64,000 nucleotides of DNA, from positions 1-64,000 of the forward strand of contig NZ_MWQY01000016.1 in the NCBI RefSeq assembly GCF_002087085.1. The letters are read 5' to 3'. Within the stretch, counting starts at the first letter, position 1. The number at the start of each line of letters is the position of its first letter. Positions 29,539-39,875 of the stretch are shown here, in pieces. The position numbers and the translations under genes were made by a program. The notes under the pieces are model-generated. The model saw only the letters and a program-made list of their open reading frames with translations. It was not told where the DNA came from and searched no databases.

Positions 29539-32500
29539 TGGGAGATGCAATGAGGCTTCTGCCTTTTGACGAGCTTTTAACGCGGATCTTCGAAGAATAC
29601 AGGGACGGCGGGTCGATCTTCGATCTTCCAGAGGATTCGTGGTTTCGCAAGAAGAACGGAAAAAGCCTTTCCATCTTCGGAAATCCCATGGAGACTCCCC
29701 TTGGGCCCGCCGCGGGACCCCATACCCAGCTGGCCTCGAACATTATCGCCTCCTACCTGACGGGAAGCCGCTTTATCGAGCTGAAAACCGTGCAGATCCT
29801 CGACTCCCTGGAGATCGAAAAACCCTGTATCGATGCCGCCGACGAGGGTTACAATACCGAGTGGTCCACGGAACTCTCCCTGGATGAGGCCTGGCAGGAG
29901 TACGCCAAAGCCTGGATTATTCTGCACCTTCTGGAAGAGCTCTTCGGTCTCCGGCGGACGGAAAACCGGCGCTCCTTTGTCTTCAACATGAGCGTCGGCT
30001 ACGATCTTAAAGGGATCAAAAGTGAGCCCATGCAGCGCTACCTCCGCCGCATGAAAGACTCTTCGTCGGAAAAGCTTTTTTCAGGTTGGATCGACCAGGC
30101 AAAACAGATGCTCCCGGAGCTGCTGAAGGGCTCGGAACTTGAGCGGCGCAGCCGGGTTCTGTCCGATTTTAGGGTTTCCGGTAAAATCTGCGGTTCCGTG
30201 ACCCTCTCCACCATGCACGGCTGCCCTCCGGAGGAGATCGAGGCGATCTGCTCCTACATGCTCAGGGAGCAGAAGCTGGATACCTATGTAAAACTGAATC
30301 CCACCCTCCTGGGCTATGGGACGGTCCGGGAAATCCTGGACGGCCTGGGCTACACCTATGTGGAGCTCAATCCGGAGAGTTTCGAACACGATCTTCAGCT
30401 TCCCCGGGCCCTTGAGATTCTTTCCCGGCTGCGGAAGCTGGCGGCGGATTCGGGACGGAACTTCGGGGTCAAACTGACCAATACCCTGGCCTGTAGAAAC
30501 AACCAGGGACGGCTTCCGGGAGAGGAGATGTACCTCTCCGGCCGGGCACTCTTTCCCCTTTCAATTAACGTTGCCGCCCGGCTTTCCGAGGAGTTCGGCG
30601 GAGAACTGCCCATCTCCTTTTCCGGCGGAATAAGTATCCATAACGCTGCGGAGGTTTTCGCCACCGGTATCCGGCCGGTCACCCTGGCGACGGAGCTTCT
30701 GAAGCCCGGCGGATACCTGCGGCAGGTCCAGCTTGCAAAGCTGCTGGAAGAGCTTCCTGAAGCCGACTGGCAGAGGGAACGCATCGACGTACAGGCCCTG
30801 AAAAGTCTTGCCGCCTCTTCCCTGAGGGACCGAAGCCTCTCCAAGGAGTTCCGGGGCAGCGATGCGGTCCATAATCCGGGGGAACTGCCATTGTTCGACT
30901 GCTATGTAGCCCCCTGCGTCAGTGCCTGTGCCATCGGTCAGCATATTCCGGAATACCTGCGCCTGGCCGGGGAGGGCAGGTACGGAGAGGCCCTGGAGTG
31001 CATTTACGAGCGCAACGCCCTGCCCTCAATCACCGGCCACATCTGCGACCACCAGTGTCAGCTGGTCTGTACCCGCCTGGATTACGAGGGCGCCCTCAAC
31101 ATCCGGGAGGTCAAGAAGATCTCCCTGCTCAAAGGTATGGAGGAGTATCAGCGCCGCTGGGTCAAGCCGGAGATCCGGCATCCTGAGCGGATCGCTGTCG
31201 TAGGAGCAGGGCCCGCGGGGCTTTCTGCGGCCTATTTCCTTGCCCGGGAAGGTTTTTCCGTAACCGTCCTTGAGCGGGAAGAGGATGCCGGCGGTGTCGT
31301 GCGCTACGTGGTGCCCCACTTCCGGATAAGCCGGGAGGCCATTGACCGGGACATAGATTTTATCCGCCAGCACGGAGTGGAGTTCCGCTTCGGGGTGGAT
31401 GAGAATATCGATATTGAAGCCCTCAAAAAAGAAGGATTCACCTATATTGTTCTGGGTCTCGGAACCTACCGGAGCCGAAAGCTTCCCATAGAGGGTGACA
31501 GCCAGCGGATCTATCCATCCCTCTCCTTCCTGACCCAGTTCAACCGCGACCCCTCCCGCCTTAAGGTGGGCCGCCGGGTCGTGGTTATCGGGGCCGGGGA
31601 TACCGCCATGGACTGCGCCCGGGCGGCCCTGCGCTGTTCCGGAGTCGAGGAGGTTCAGATTGCCTACCGCAGGGCCTTCGAGCAGATGCCCGCCAGCCGG
31701 GAGGAGTACGAATACGCCGCGGAGGACGGGATCTCCTTCCGCTGGCTCAGGAACCCTGAACGCTTTAGCGCCGACGGCAGTCTTACCCTGCGGGTAATGG
31801 AGCTGGGAGAACCCGACGAATCGGGGCGGAGGCGCCCTGTTCCGACGGACAGGACGGAAGAGATTAAGGCGGACAGTCTGATTTATGCTGTGGGTGATGA
31901 TCCCGATTCCGATGCTCTGAAGAGCGCAGGTCTCGAGCCCGATGTAAAGGGCATGGTTCCCACCGGGGAAGGCGGGGAGACTGATCGGGAAAACATCTTT
32001 CTCATCGGAGACAGCCGGACCGGGGCATCCACCATCGTCAACTGCATCGCCGAAGGCCGCAGGGCCGCCGACGCCATCTGCCGTAAAAGCGATTCCCTCT
32101 GGGAGCGGAGCGAGCTTATTCCCTACCTGGATCCGGAGGAGCGGACGGCGGACATCGCCGTCAAGAAAGGGCATCTCTCTTCCAGGCCGGATCCCCGGTC
32201 CGACTACGACTCGGCGTCCTTCTGCGCCACCGAAAAGTCCCGCTGTCTTGAATGCGATTTCCTCTGCAACAAGTGCGTCGATGTCTGCCCCAACCGGGCC
32301 AATATAAAGGTGGAAACCGCGGGGCAGGAGCAATTTGACGATGCCTTTCAGATTGTGCATATCGATGCCTACTGCAACGAGTGCGGCAACTGCGGACAGT
32401 TCTGCCCCTGGGACGGACGCCCCTACGCGGACAAGCCCACGGTTTTCAGCAGTCCGGCGGATTTTGAAAACAGCAGCAACCCCGGCTGGCTCCTTGAGAA

Positions 32501-32672
32501 CGGGAGCCTCCGCGTACGTTTTCAGGGACGGGTACAGACCCTGGACCTGGGGGAGGCCTTCAAGCGCTCGGAAGGACGGGATGATGAAGCGCGTTTTTAT
32601 CGGCTCTTTGAGCTTCTTCACCATCGAAGACCCCACCTCTTTACCCGACTTTCCTCGGGAGGTGCGGTATGA
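29538..32672 (+). CDS. ygfK: YgfK Fe-S/FAD oxidoreductase
   Basis: MGDAMR, GPAAGPHTQL, STMHGCPP, GAGPAG, CNKCVDVCPNRAN, CNECGNC. Confidence 0.95.
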   Translation: MGDAMRLLPFDELLTRIFEEYRDGGSIFDLPEDSWFRKKNGKSLSIFGNPMETPLGPAAGPHTQLASNIIASYLTGSRFIELKTVQILDSLEIEKPCIDAADEGYNTEWSTELSLDEAWQEYAKAWIILHLLEELFGLRRTENRRSFVFNMSVGYDLKGIKSEPMQRYLRRMKDSSSEKLFSGWIDQAKQMLPELLKGSELERRSRVLSDFRVSGKICGSVTLSTMHGCPPEEIEAICSYMLREQKLDTYVKLNPTLLGYGTVREILDGLGYTYVELNPESFEHDLQLPRALEILSRLRKLAADSGRNFGVKLTNTLACRNNQGRLPGEEMYLSGRALFPLSINVAARLSEEFGGELPISFSGGISIHNAAEVFATGIRPVTLATELLKPGGYLRQVQLAKLLEELPEADWQRERIDVQALKSLAASSLRDRSLSKEFRGSDAVHNPGELPLFDCYVAPCVSACAIGQHIPEYLRLAGEGRYGEALECIYERNALPSITGHICDHQCQLVCTRLDYEGALNIREVKKISLLKGMEEYQRRWVKPEIRHPERIAVVGAGPAGLSAAYFLAREGFSVTVLEREEDAGGVVRYVVPHFRISREAIDRDIDFIRQHGVEFRFGVDENIDIEALKKEGFTYIVLGLGTYRSRKLPIEGDSQRIYPSLSFLTQFNRDPSRLKVGRRVVVIGAGDTAMDCARAALRCSGVEEVQIAYRRAFEQMPASREEYEYAAEDGISFRWLRNPERFSADGSLTLRVMELGEPDESGRRRPVPTDRTEEIKADSLIYAVGDDPDSDALKSAGLEPDVKGMVPTGEGGETDRENIFLIGDSRTGASTIVNCIAEGRRAADAICRKSDSLWERSELIPYLDPEERTADIAVKKGHLSSRPDPRSDYDSASFCATEKSRCLECDFLCNKCVDVCPNRANIKVETAGQEQFDDAFQIVHIDAYCNECGNCGQFCPWDGRPYADKPTVFSSPADFENSSNPGWLLENGSLRVRFQGRVQTLDLGEAFKRSEGRDDEARFYRLFELLHHRRPHLFTRLSSGGAV

Positions 32673-33997
32673 TTCTGTTTACCAATGCGACCCTGGTGGA
32701 ATTTGATCCTCCCCGGATACGATATAATGAGGATGTTCTGGTGGAGGGAGATACCATAATCAAAGTCGGAAAGGGACTCGATGCTGCGGGAGTCGAAAGA
32801 ACCGTGGATGGGTCGGGAAAACTGCTTTTCCCCGGGATCGTCTGTTCCCACACCCACTTCTATTCCGGCCTTTCCCGGGGGATCATGGCGAATATCGGGG
32901 ACACCCCGGATTTTGTCTCCATTCTGAAGAATCTCTGGTGGCGACTGGACCGGGCTCTGGACTCCGGGAGTCTTCGTGCTTCGGGGCTTATCTGTTCTCT
33001 GGATGCCATCCGCGCAGGCACCACCGCGGTGATCGATCATCACGCCTCGCCGAACTTCATTTCCGGGTCCCTGGATGTTCTTAAAAAAGCCTTCGAGGAG
33101 ACGGGTTTGCGGGGGACCACCTGTTACGAGGTGACCGACCGTCATGGTGAAGAGGCGATGCAGGAAGGGGTGGACGAGAACATCGCCTTTGCCCGGAGTA
33201 TCGATGCTGAAAAAAAAGCGGGGACCTGGTCCGGCCTGACGGAGGCCCATATCGGGGGGCATGCCCCCTGCACCCTGCCGGATGCCGCCCTGAAACTCCT
33301 GGCTGATGCCTGTGAAGAGCGCGGCCGGGGTTTTCATGTGCACCTGGCGGAGGATGCCTGGGACGTCTCCCATTCCCACATAAATTACGGAAAAGACCTG
33401 GTTTTCCGGCTGGATAACTTCGGTCTGGTCAGAGACAACAGCATCCTGGTCCACGGTGTCCATCTGAACCCCGACGAAGTGGAGCGCATCAACGAACGCG
33501 GGGCCTTCCTGGTGCACAACTCCAGGTCCAACATGAATAACGGGGTGGGCTACAATCCCAATCTTCCCCGCCTCGAAAACTGGGCCCTGGGAACCGACGG
33601 TATCGGATCGGATATGTTCGCCGAGATGCAGAGCGCCTACTTCAAGCATAAGGACGAGAAGGGGCCTCTCTGGCCGGGGGACTTCCTGGCAGCTCTGGCT
33701 GCAGGTAACCGTATTCTGGAAAAGAGTTTCGGAAGGCCTTTCGGTCGGATCGAACCGGGCTATACCGCCGACCTGGTTGTGGCGGACTATGCCTCTCCAA
33801 CGCCTCTTGAGCCGGAGAATATCGCGGGACATATGGTATTCGGCATGGCATCGAACATTGTAGAGACGGTCATGATAAACGGAAGGATCGTCATGGAAAA
33901 GCGGAGTTTCCCGGGGATTCCCCGGGAGGATATATACCGTGATGCGGCGGAACAGGCGCGGCGCCTCTGGGAGCGAATGGACCGAATCACGCCGTAA
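32669..33997 (+). CDS. ssnA: SsnA amidohydrolase
   Basis: CSHTHFYSGLSRG, LWWRLDRALD, DHHASP, SNMNNGVG, GTDGIG. Confidence 0.93.
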   Translation: MILFTNATLVEFDPPRIRYNEDVLVEGDTIIKVGKGLDAAGVERTVDGSGKLLFPGIVCSHTHFYSGLSRGIMANIGDTPDFVSILKNLWWRLDRALDSGSLRASGLICSLDAIRAGTTAVIDHHASPNFISGSLDVLKKAFEETGLRGTTCYEVTDRHGEEAMQEGVDENIAFARSIDAEKKAGTWSGLTEAHIGGHAPCTLPDAALKLLADACEERGRGFHVHLAEDAWDVSHSHINYGKDLVFRLDNFGLVRDNSILVHGVHLNPDEVERINERGAFLVHNSRSNMNNGVGYNPNLPRLENWALGTDGIGSDMFAEMQSAYFKHKDEKGPLWPGDFLAALAAGNRILEKSFGRPFGRIEPGYTADLVVADYASPTPLEPENIAGHMVFGMASNIVETVMINGRIVMEKRSFPGIPREDIYRDAAEQARRLWERMDRITP

Positions 33998-34030
33998 AAA
34001 ACTATACTATACTTAAGGCAGGGGAAATTA

Positions 34031-35266
34031 ATGAGCGTACAAGAAATGATTCTGAAGAAGGCTGAAGGCTATCGTGACGAGGCGGCCCGGGTATTGAGCG
34101 ATCTTATCAGGCTTAAATCCTACAGCTCCGCTGAAAAGGATGTCTGTCTTCGCATAAAAGAGATGTGCGAACAGTACGGTTTCGACGAGGTGCGGATCGA
34201 CGGCCTGGGGAGTGTAATAGCACGGGTCGGATCGGGCCCGAAGAAGCTGGCCATCGACGCCCATATCGACACCGTCGAGGTGGGAGATCCCGCCCAGTGG
34301 CAGAAAGATCCTTTTTCGGGAGAGATTTCCGACGGCTTTGTCTATGGTCGGGGTGCTTCGGACCAGAAGGGGGGAGCCGCCTCGATGATTACCGCCGGAC
34401 GTATTCTGAAAGAGCTGGGCTACGACGGGGAGTACTCGGTCTATTTTACCTTTACCGTTATGGAAGAGGACTGCGACGGGATGTGCTGGAAGTACCTGAT
34501 CGAGGAGGAGGGTTTGAAGCCCGATTTCGCCGTCTCCACCGAACCTACATCCTGCAGGCTTTACCGGGGACACCGGGGCAGGATGGAGATGGTCGCCCGC
34601 TTGAAAGGTGTCTCCGCTCACGGCTCGGCCCCGGAACGGGGAGAGAGCGCAGCCTACAAGGCTGCCCGGGCAGCCCTGGCAATGGAGCAGCTGAACAGCG
34701 ACCTCAAGCCTGATGAGGACAATTTCCTTGGAAAGGGGACCATCGTCGTCAGCCAGATCGATGTCAAGGGTCCCAGCCAGTGCGCCGTTCCGGATCAGGC
34801 CATGCTCTATCTTGACCGGCGACTGACCTGGGGGGAGGACAAGGAGCTGGCCATATCCCAGGTAAAGGAGTACATGGCCCGGGCCATCGGTGAAGATGAA
34901 TCCGCCGTAAGCGTCAGCATGCCCCGATACGAGAAGCGGGGATGGAAGGAGGCCGACTACAGCCAGGAACTCTACTTCCCCACCTGGAAGATCCCCGAGG
35001 AGCACGAGATAGTCCAGGCCGGCAGGCGTGCCTACGAGGCGCTCTGGGGAAAATCCCCGGTAATCGACAAGTGGACCTTTTCCACCAACCTGGTGGCGGT
35101 AACGGGACGGCACAAAATCCCCGCCATAGGTTTCGGCCCGGGGGATGAGAACCAGGCCCATGCCCCCAACGAAAAGACCCGGGTGGAGGATCTTGTTATC
35201 TGTTCCGCCTTCTACGCCATGCTGCCCTACGCCCTGGAAGGGCAGGAAGGAAAAGGCGGGGCATGA
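34031..35266 (+). CDS. ygeY: YgeY M20-family hydrolase
   Basis: DAHIDTV, GRGASDQ, EEDCDG, GHRGRME, FSTN, AHAPNE. Confidence 0.93.
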   Translation: MSVQEMILKKAEGYRDEAARVLSDLIRLKSYSSAEKDVCLRIKEMCEQYGFDEVRIDGLGSVIARVGSGPKKLAIDAHIDTVEVGDPAQWQKDPFSGEISDGFVYGRGASDQKGGAASMITAGRILKELGYDGEYSVYFTFTVMEEDCDGMCWKYLIEEEGLKPDFAVSTEPTSCRLYRGHRGRMEMVARLKGVSAHGSAPERGESAAYKAARAALAMEQLNSDLKPDEDNFLGKGTIVVSQIDVKGPSQCAVPDQAMLYLDRRLTWGEDKELAISQVKEYMARAIGEDESAVSVSMPRYEKRGWKEADYSQELYFPTWKIPEEHEIVQAGRRAYEALWGKSPVIDKWTFSTNLVAVTGRHKIPAIGFGPGDENQAHAPNEKTRVEDLVICSAFYAMLPYALEGQEGKGGA

Positions 35267-36414
35267 TCAGTTTCAGCTGTGCCTGCAGCCTCTGCGGCCG
35301 GGAGTACGAATTTACCCCTGAACGGATGCTCTGCGACGACTGCGCATCCCGGCAGACCCCGGACCAGCCCTTGATGGGGGTCCTGGAGTTCCGTCCGGAA
35401 GGGCAGCTCCCCCGGGACTGGGACAGCCTGGATCTGCTGCCGGTGGAACGGGAGTACTTTCCCCCGGTTCCCGTGGGGCAGACGCCCCTGTGGGAACCGG
35501 AAATTCTGCGCAGGGAGACCGGATTTCCAAAACTCTTTCTGAAGGATGACAGCCGGAATCCCACGGGATCCCTGAAGGACAGGGCCAGCTATCTGGTGGC
35601 CGCCTACGCCAGACGGGAAGGCATCGAACGCATCGTGGTGGCATCCACCGGCAATGCCGGCTCCTCCATGGCGGGAATCGGTGCCGCGGCGGGACTTTCG
35701 GTTAAGCTCTTTCTTCCTGCTTCTGCTCCGCCTGCCAAGCTTGTTCAGTCCCTTCAGTATGGTGCGGACCTGATTCGGGTCGACGGAACCTACGACCTGG
35801 CATACGACCGCTCCATGGCCTGTGTCGCCGGGGAGGGCGGACTCTCGCGGAATACCGCCCACAATCCCCTGACCATTGAAGGCAAGAAGACCGTCTCCCT
35901 GGAGATCTTCCGACAGCTGGGAGGCCGTGTACCGGATTACGTCTTCGTCCCTACCGGAGACGGGGTAATCCTGAGCGGCGTCTACCGGGGCTTCGAGGAT
36001 CTGTTCAGCCTGGGGCTGGCAGACCGGATGCCCTGCTGCGTTGCGGTCCAGGCGGAGGGTTCTGCGGCCATAAGCCGTGCCCTGGATGCCGGCAGTTTCG
36101 GGACACCCGTCGCGTCGTCGACGATTGCCGACTCCATCTCTGTGGATGTACCCCGGGGAGGACTCTTTGCCCTGGGACGCCTTCAGCGCCACGGTGGAAA
36201 AGCGGTAATCGTGAGCGACCGGGAAATCCTTGCCGCCCAGAGGAGCCTCTCCTCCCGGTCCGGACTATTCGCTGAACCCGCCGCCGCCGCCGCGTGGGCC
36301 GGATTCGTAAAGATGAAGGATGAAATAGATCCCGGAGCCACAGTGGCAGTACTGATTACCGGAAACGGCCTGAAGGACATCGACTCTGCCAAAAAGGGAG
36401 TAAGCCTGTCATGA
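35263..36414 (+). CDS. Threonine-synthase-like PLP enzyme
   Basis: N-terminal CxxC...CxxC; NPTGSLKDR, ASTGNAG, EGKKT, ITGNGLKD. Confidence 0.85.
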   Translation: MISFSCACSLCGREYEFTPERMLCDDCASRQTPDQPLMGVLEFRPEGQLPRDWDSLDLLPVEREYFPPVPVGQTPLWEPEILRRETGFPKLFLKDDSRNPTGSLKDRASYLVAAYARREGIERIVVASTGNAGSSMAGIGAAAGLSVKLFLPASAPPAKLVQSLQYGADLIRVDGTYDLAYDRSMACVAGEGGLSRNTAHNPLTIEGKKTVSLEIFRQLGGRVPDYVFVPTGDGVILSGVYRGFEDLFSLGLADRMPCCVAVQAEGSAAISRALDAGSFGTPVASSTIADSISVDVPRGGLFALGRLQRHGGKAVIVSDREILAAQRSLSSRSGLFAEPAAAAAWAGFVKMKDEIDPGATVAVLITGNGLKDIDSAKKGVSLS

Positions 36415-38552
36415 GTGCCGATATAAGCAAATCGATTCCCCGGGCCGACGGCAGGGCCAAGGCCGAAGGGCGGGCACGCTATATTGCCGATTATCCCCAT
36501 GATGATATGCTGTGCGCCCGTTTTTACCGGGCACCTTTTTCCCGGGGGATAATACGCTCCATCAAACTACCGGAACTCCCCGAGGGCTACCATGCGGTTG
36601 ACTATCGGGATATCCCTGCGGCCAACCATATAGCCCTGATCAAGAACGACCTGCCCGCCTTTGCGGAAAAGGAGATCCGCTACAGGGGACAGATCATCCT
36701 CATTCTGGCGGGCCCCGACCCGGACATGGTTGACGAACTCCTTCAGGAAATCGAGGTGGATTACGAGGCGGGAATCCCCGCTGCAGGTATCGATGAGGGG
36801 CTTGCCTGTGTCGGCGGTCCCATCCATGGAACAGACAACATTTATGCCGATCTCCATATAAAAAAAGGCGATCCCGACGCAGCATTCGCCTCTGCGGCCC
36901 GGATCGTGGAGGGAGAATACTCCACCGGGTTTCAGGAACAGCTCTATATGGAGCCCCAGGGGCTCATGGCCTGGACGGAGGAAGAGAACCGGAAGGTGGT
37001 GGTTCAGGGGTCCATGCAGTGCCCCTATTACGTTAAGCATTCCGTGGAAGAGGTACTGGGCGAGGGCTATGAGGTCAGGGTCATCGAGACAACCACCGGC
37101 GGCGCCTTCGGCGGCAAGGAGGACTACCCTGAGATTATGGGAGCCCCCCTGGCGGTGGCTGCCGTCAAAATCGGAAAACCCTTGAGGATGGTCTTCGACC
37201 GTTTCGAGGACCTCTCCTGGACCTCCAAGAGGCACCCCTCACGGACCCGGATCCGCACCGCCCATGACGCGGATGGACGGATCACAGCCATGGATTACGA
37301 CATAATCATCGACGGCGGTGCCTACGAAAGCTACTCCCTGATAGTTTTGCAGCGTGCCATCTTTACCTCCAACGGGGTCTATAATTTCCCCAATGTGCGG
37401 GTTCGGGGCAGGGCGGTGGCAAGCTCCACCGTGCCCTCCGGCGCTTTTCGCGGTTTCGGGGCCCCCCAGGCTATCTACGCCCTGGAGATGCACATGGAGA
37501 AGGCTGCCAGGGAGTTCTCGGCGGATCCTGTTGATTACCGGATGCCCTATGTCGCTGCCAAGGGGGACCCCACCATCACCGGCGGCAGAATCCACGAAGA
37601 CGTCATCATGGACCGCCTTATAGAAAAAGCCCTGGAGATTTCCGGCTTCCGGGAAAAACGTGAACGGTACCGGAAGGAGCCCTGGAAAGGTATCGGCATC
37701 TCCTTTTTCAACCATGGCTGCGGTTTTACCGGCGACGGAGAGCAGCGTCTTATAAAGGCAAAGGCCTCCCTGCGGAAAAACGCCGACGACAGCGTGGACA
37801 TTCTTATTGCCAACATCGATATGGGGCAGGGACCACAGACTACCTTTCCAAAAATTGTGGCCCGCATTCTTGACCTCCCCCGGGAAAGGATCCGCTACGA
37901 CAACCCCGATACCGACAAGGTTCCCAATTCAGGTCCCACCGTGGCGAGCAGGACCATGATGATTGTGGGATACCTGGTTCAGAAGGCGGCAGAGCGGCTG
38001 AAAAAGGAGTGGGTCGGCGGAAAGGTCCAGGAGATCGAGGAGCACTACTCCATGCCCCCCTATGTCCGCTGGAAGCAGGAGACCCTGACCGGGGACGCCT
38101 ATCCGGCCTTCGGCTGGGGGATCAACGTGGTCGAGGTCGAGGTGGATCCCGTGACCTGGGAACCCGCAGTCCTCGGGGCCTGGGGTGTCTATGACGTGGG
38201 AGTCGCCATTGATGAGAGGGTCGTGGCCGGCCAGATCCAGGGGGGCATGAGCCAGGCCCTGGGCTACGCCTGTCTTGAAAATCTTGAAGTCGACGGTGAC
38301 GGGGTATTTCGTCAGCGTACCATGGCGGACTACATTGTTCCCACCAGCCTGGATTTTCCCCGTACGGGAGCCTGTACCCTGGACAATCCCTATGAGTACG
38401 GCCCCTTTGGTGCCAAGGGGGTGGGAGAGATCGTCCATGATGGCGGACACGCGGCTTTCTGCGCTGCTCTTGAGCAGGCCACGGGCAGGGACTGTCCTGA
38501 TGTTCCCCTTACCCCGGAACGCTTACTGGAGATTATGAACAATGACGATTGA
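36411..38552 (+). CDS. Xanthine dehydrogenase-family molybdopterin-binding subunit
   Basis: GGAFGGKE, AFRGFGAPQ, DMGQG, GQIQGG, GAKGVGE. Confidence 0.93.
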   Translation: MSADISKSIPRADGRAKAEGRARYIADYPHDDMLCARFYRAPFSRGIIRSIKLPELPEGYHAVDYRDIPAANHIALIKNDLPAFAEKEIRYRGQIILILAGPDPDMVDELLQEIEVDYEAGIPAAGIDEGLACVGGPIHGTDNIYADLHIKKGDPDAAFASAARIVEGEYSTGFQEQLYMEPQGLMAWTEEENRKVVVQGSMQCPYYVKHSVEEVLGEGYEVRVIETTTGGAFGGKEDYPEIMGAPLAVAAVKIGKPLRMVFDRFEDLSWTSKRHPSRTRIRTAHDADGRITAMDYDIIIDGGAYESYSLIVLQRAIFTSNGVYNFPNVRVRGRAVASSTVPSGAFRGFGAPQAIYALEMHMEKAAREFSADPVDYRMPYVAAKGDPTITGGRIHEDVIMDRLIEKALEISGFREKRERYRKEPWKGIGISFFNHGCGFTGDGEQRLIKAKASLRKNADDSVDILIANIDMGQGPQTTFPKIVARILDLPRERIRYDNPDTDKVPNSGPTVASRTMMIVGYLVQKAAERLKKEWVGGKVQEIEEHYSMPPYVRWKQETLTGDAYPAFGWGINVVEVEVDPVTWEPAVLGAWGVYDVGVAIDERVVAGQIQGGMSQALGYACLENLEVDGDGVFRQRTMADYIVPTSLDFPRTGACTLDNPYEYGPFGAKGVGEIVHDGGHAAFCAALEQATGRDCPDVPLTPERLLEIMNNDD

Positions 38553-39021
38553 ATTCTTTGTAAACGGTATGCCTGTTCTGGTACAGGCCGACCCCATGAA
38601 ACGGCTTCTGGACATCCTGCGGGAGAACCTCTCCATGGCAGGAACCAAGGAGGGCTGTGGAGAGGGGGAGTGCGGCGCCTGCAGTGTTCTGATGGACGGC
38701 AGACTGGTGAACAGTTGTCTTATCCCCATGGCACAGGTCGAAGGCACCCGCGTTGAGACCATCGACGGTCTTCGGGAAAGTGCGGCCGGACAAATCCTGA
38801 GCGAAGCCTTCGCTGAGGCCCATTCAGTGCAGTGCGGTTTCTGTACCCCCGGCATGATGATGGCAACCCTGGCCCTTCTGAAGGGGAACCCCGATCCGAC
38901 GGAGGGTGAGATACGCCTGGCCCTTTCGGGAAACATCTGCCGCTGTACCGGTTATGACATGATTATCGATGGTGTGATGCTGGCCGCGCGCAGGGCACGG
39001 GAGCAGGGGGTCGCCTGGTGA
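38542..39021 (+). CDS. Xanthine dehydrogenase-family 2Fe-2S subunit
   Basis: GCGEGECGAC, QCGFCTPG, NICRCTGY. Confidence 0.95.
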   Translation: MTIEFFVNGMPVLVQADPMKRLLDILRENLSMAGTKEGCGEGECGACSVLMDGRLVNSCLIPMAQVEGTRVETIDGLRESAAGQILSEAFAEAHSVQCGFCTPGMMMATLALLKGNPDPTEGEIRLALSGNICRCTGYDMIIDGVMLAARRAREQGVAW

Positions 39022-39875
39022 AAAGACTGCGACCGACACGGCTTGAGGATGCTCTGGAGTTCAGGGCTGAGTATAAGGCCCTGCCATTTGCCGGAGGGAC
39101 CGATCTGATGGTGCGTCACCGTGGTTACACCGGGACCCTTCCGAAGATACAGTCCCCGGTACTGTTTCTCGATGCCCTGGATGAGCTGAAAACCCTGGAA
39201 ATCGTGGATGGTACGCTGCGGATCGGCGCGGGGGTCAGCATGGCGGAACTGTTGGCTTTTCCTGGAACCCCTGAACTGCTTCGCCGGGCCGTGCAGCTGA
39301 TCGCGGCCCCTGCCCTCCGGAACAGGGCCAGCCTGGGAGGGAATATCTGTAACGCCTCCCCTGCAGCGGACAGCCTGCCGCCCCTGTATGTGCATCAGGC
39401 CAAGGTTGTAGCTGTTTCCCGGGAGGGAGAACGGAGTCTTCCAATTGCCGAATTCCTTACCGGTCCCGGACAGACCGCCCTCAAGGAGTATGAAATACTC
39501 CTGAGAATTGAGCTTCCCCTGCTGCCTGAGAAAGGCAGGCTTTACTACCGCAAGGTGGGGACCCGAAAAGCCAATGCCCTGTCAAAACTCTCCTCCGCAG
39601 GTTACGCAGAGATAGATAAGGGAAAGGTCCTTGATTTCCGTTTTGCCCTTGGCGCGGTGGCGCCAACGGTAATCCGTTTGTCGGAGGCGGAATCCCTGGT
39701 ACAGGGCGCATCGCTGAAAGAGATAGACACCCGTGCAGTGTCAGAAGCCGCGGAAACACGTATACAACCTATCGATGACCAGCGATCCAATGCGACATAC
39801 CGCAGGAAGATCGCCTTGAACAGTTTAATGGAATTTATTGAACAACTGAAAACTATTGTTCCGGAGGATTTATGA
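39018..39875 (+). CDS. Xanthine dehydrogenase-family FAD subunit
   Basis: AGGTDL, RNRASLGGNI.NASPAAD, PIDDQRS. Confidence 0.93.
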   Translation: MKRLRPTRLEDALEFRAEYKALPFAGGTDLMVRHRGYTGTLPKIQSPVLFLDALDELKTLEIVDGTLRIGAGVSMAELLAFPGTPELLRRAVQLIAAPALRNRASLGGNICNASPAADSLPPLYVHQAKVVAVSREGERSLPIAEFLTGPGQTALKEYEILLRIELPLLPEKGRLYYRKVGTRKANALSKLSSAGYAEIDKGKVLDFRFALGAVAPTVIRLSEAESLVQGASLKEIDTRAVSEAAETRIQPIDDQRSNATYRRKIALNSLMEFIEQLKTIVPEDL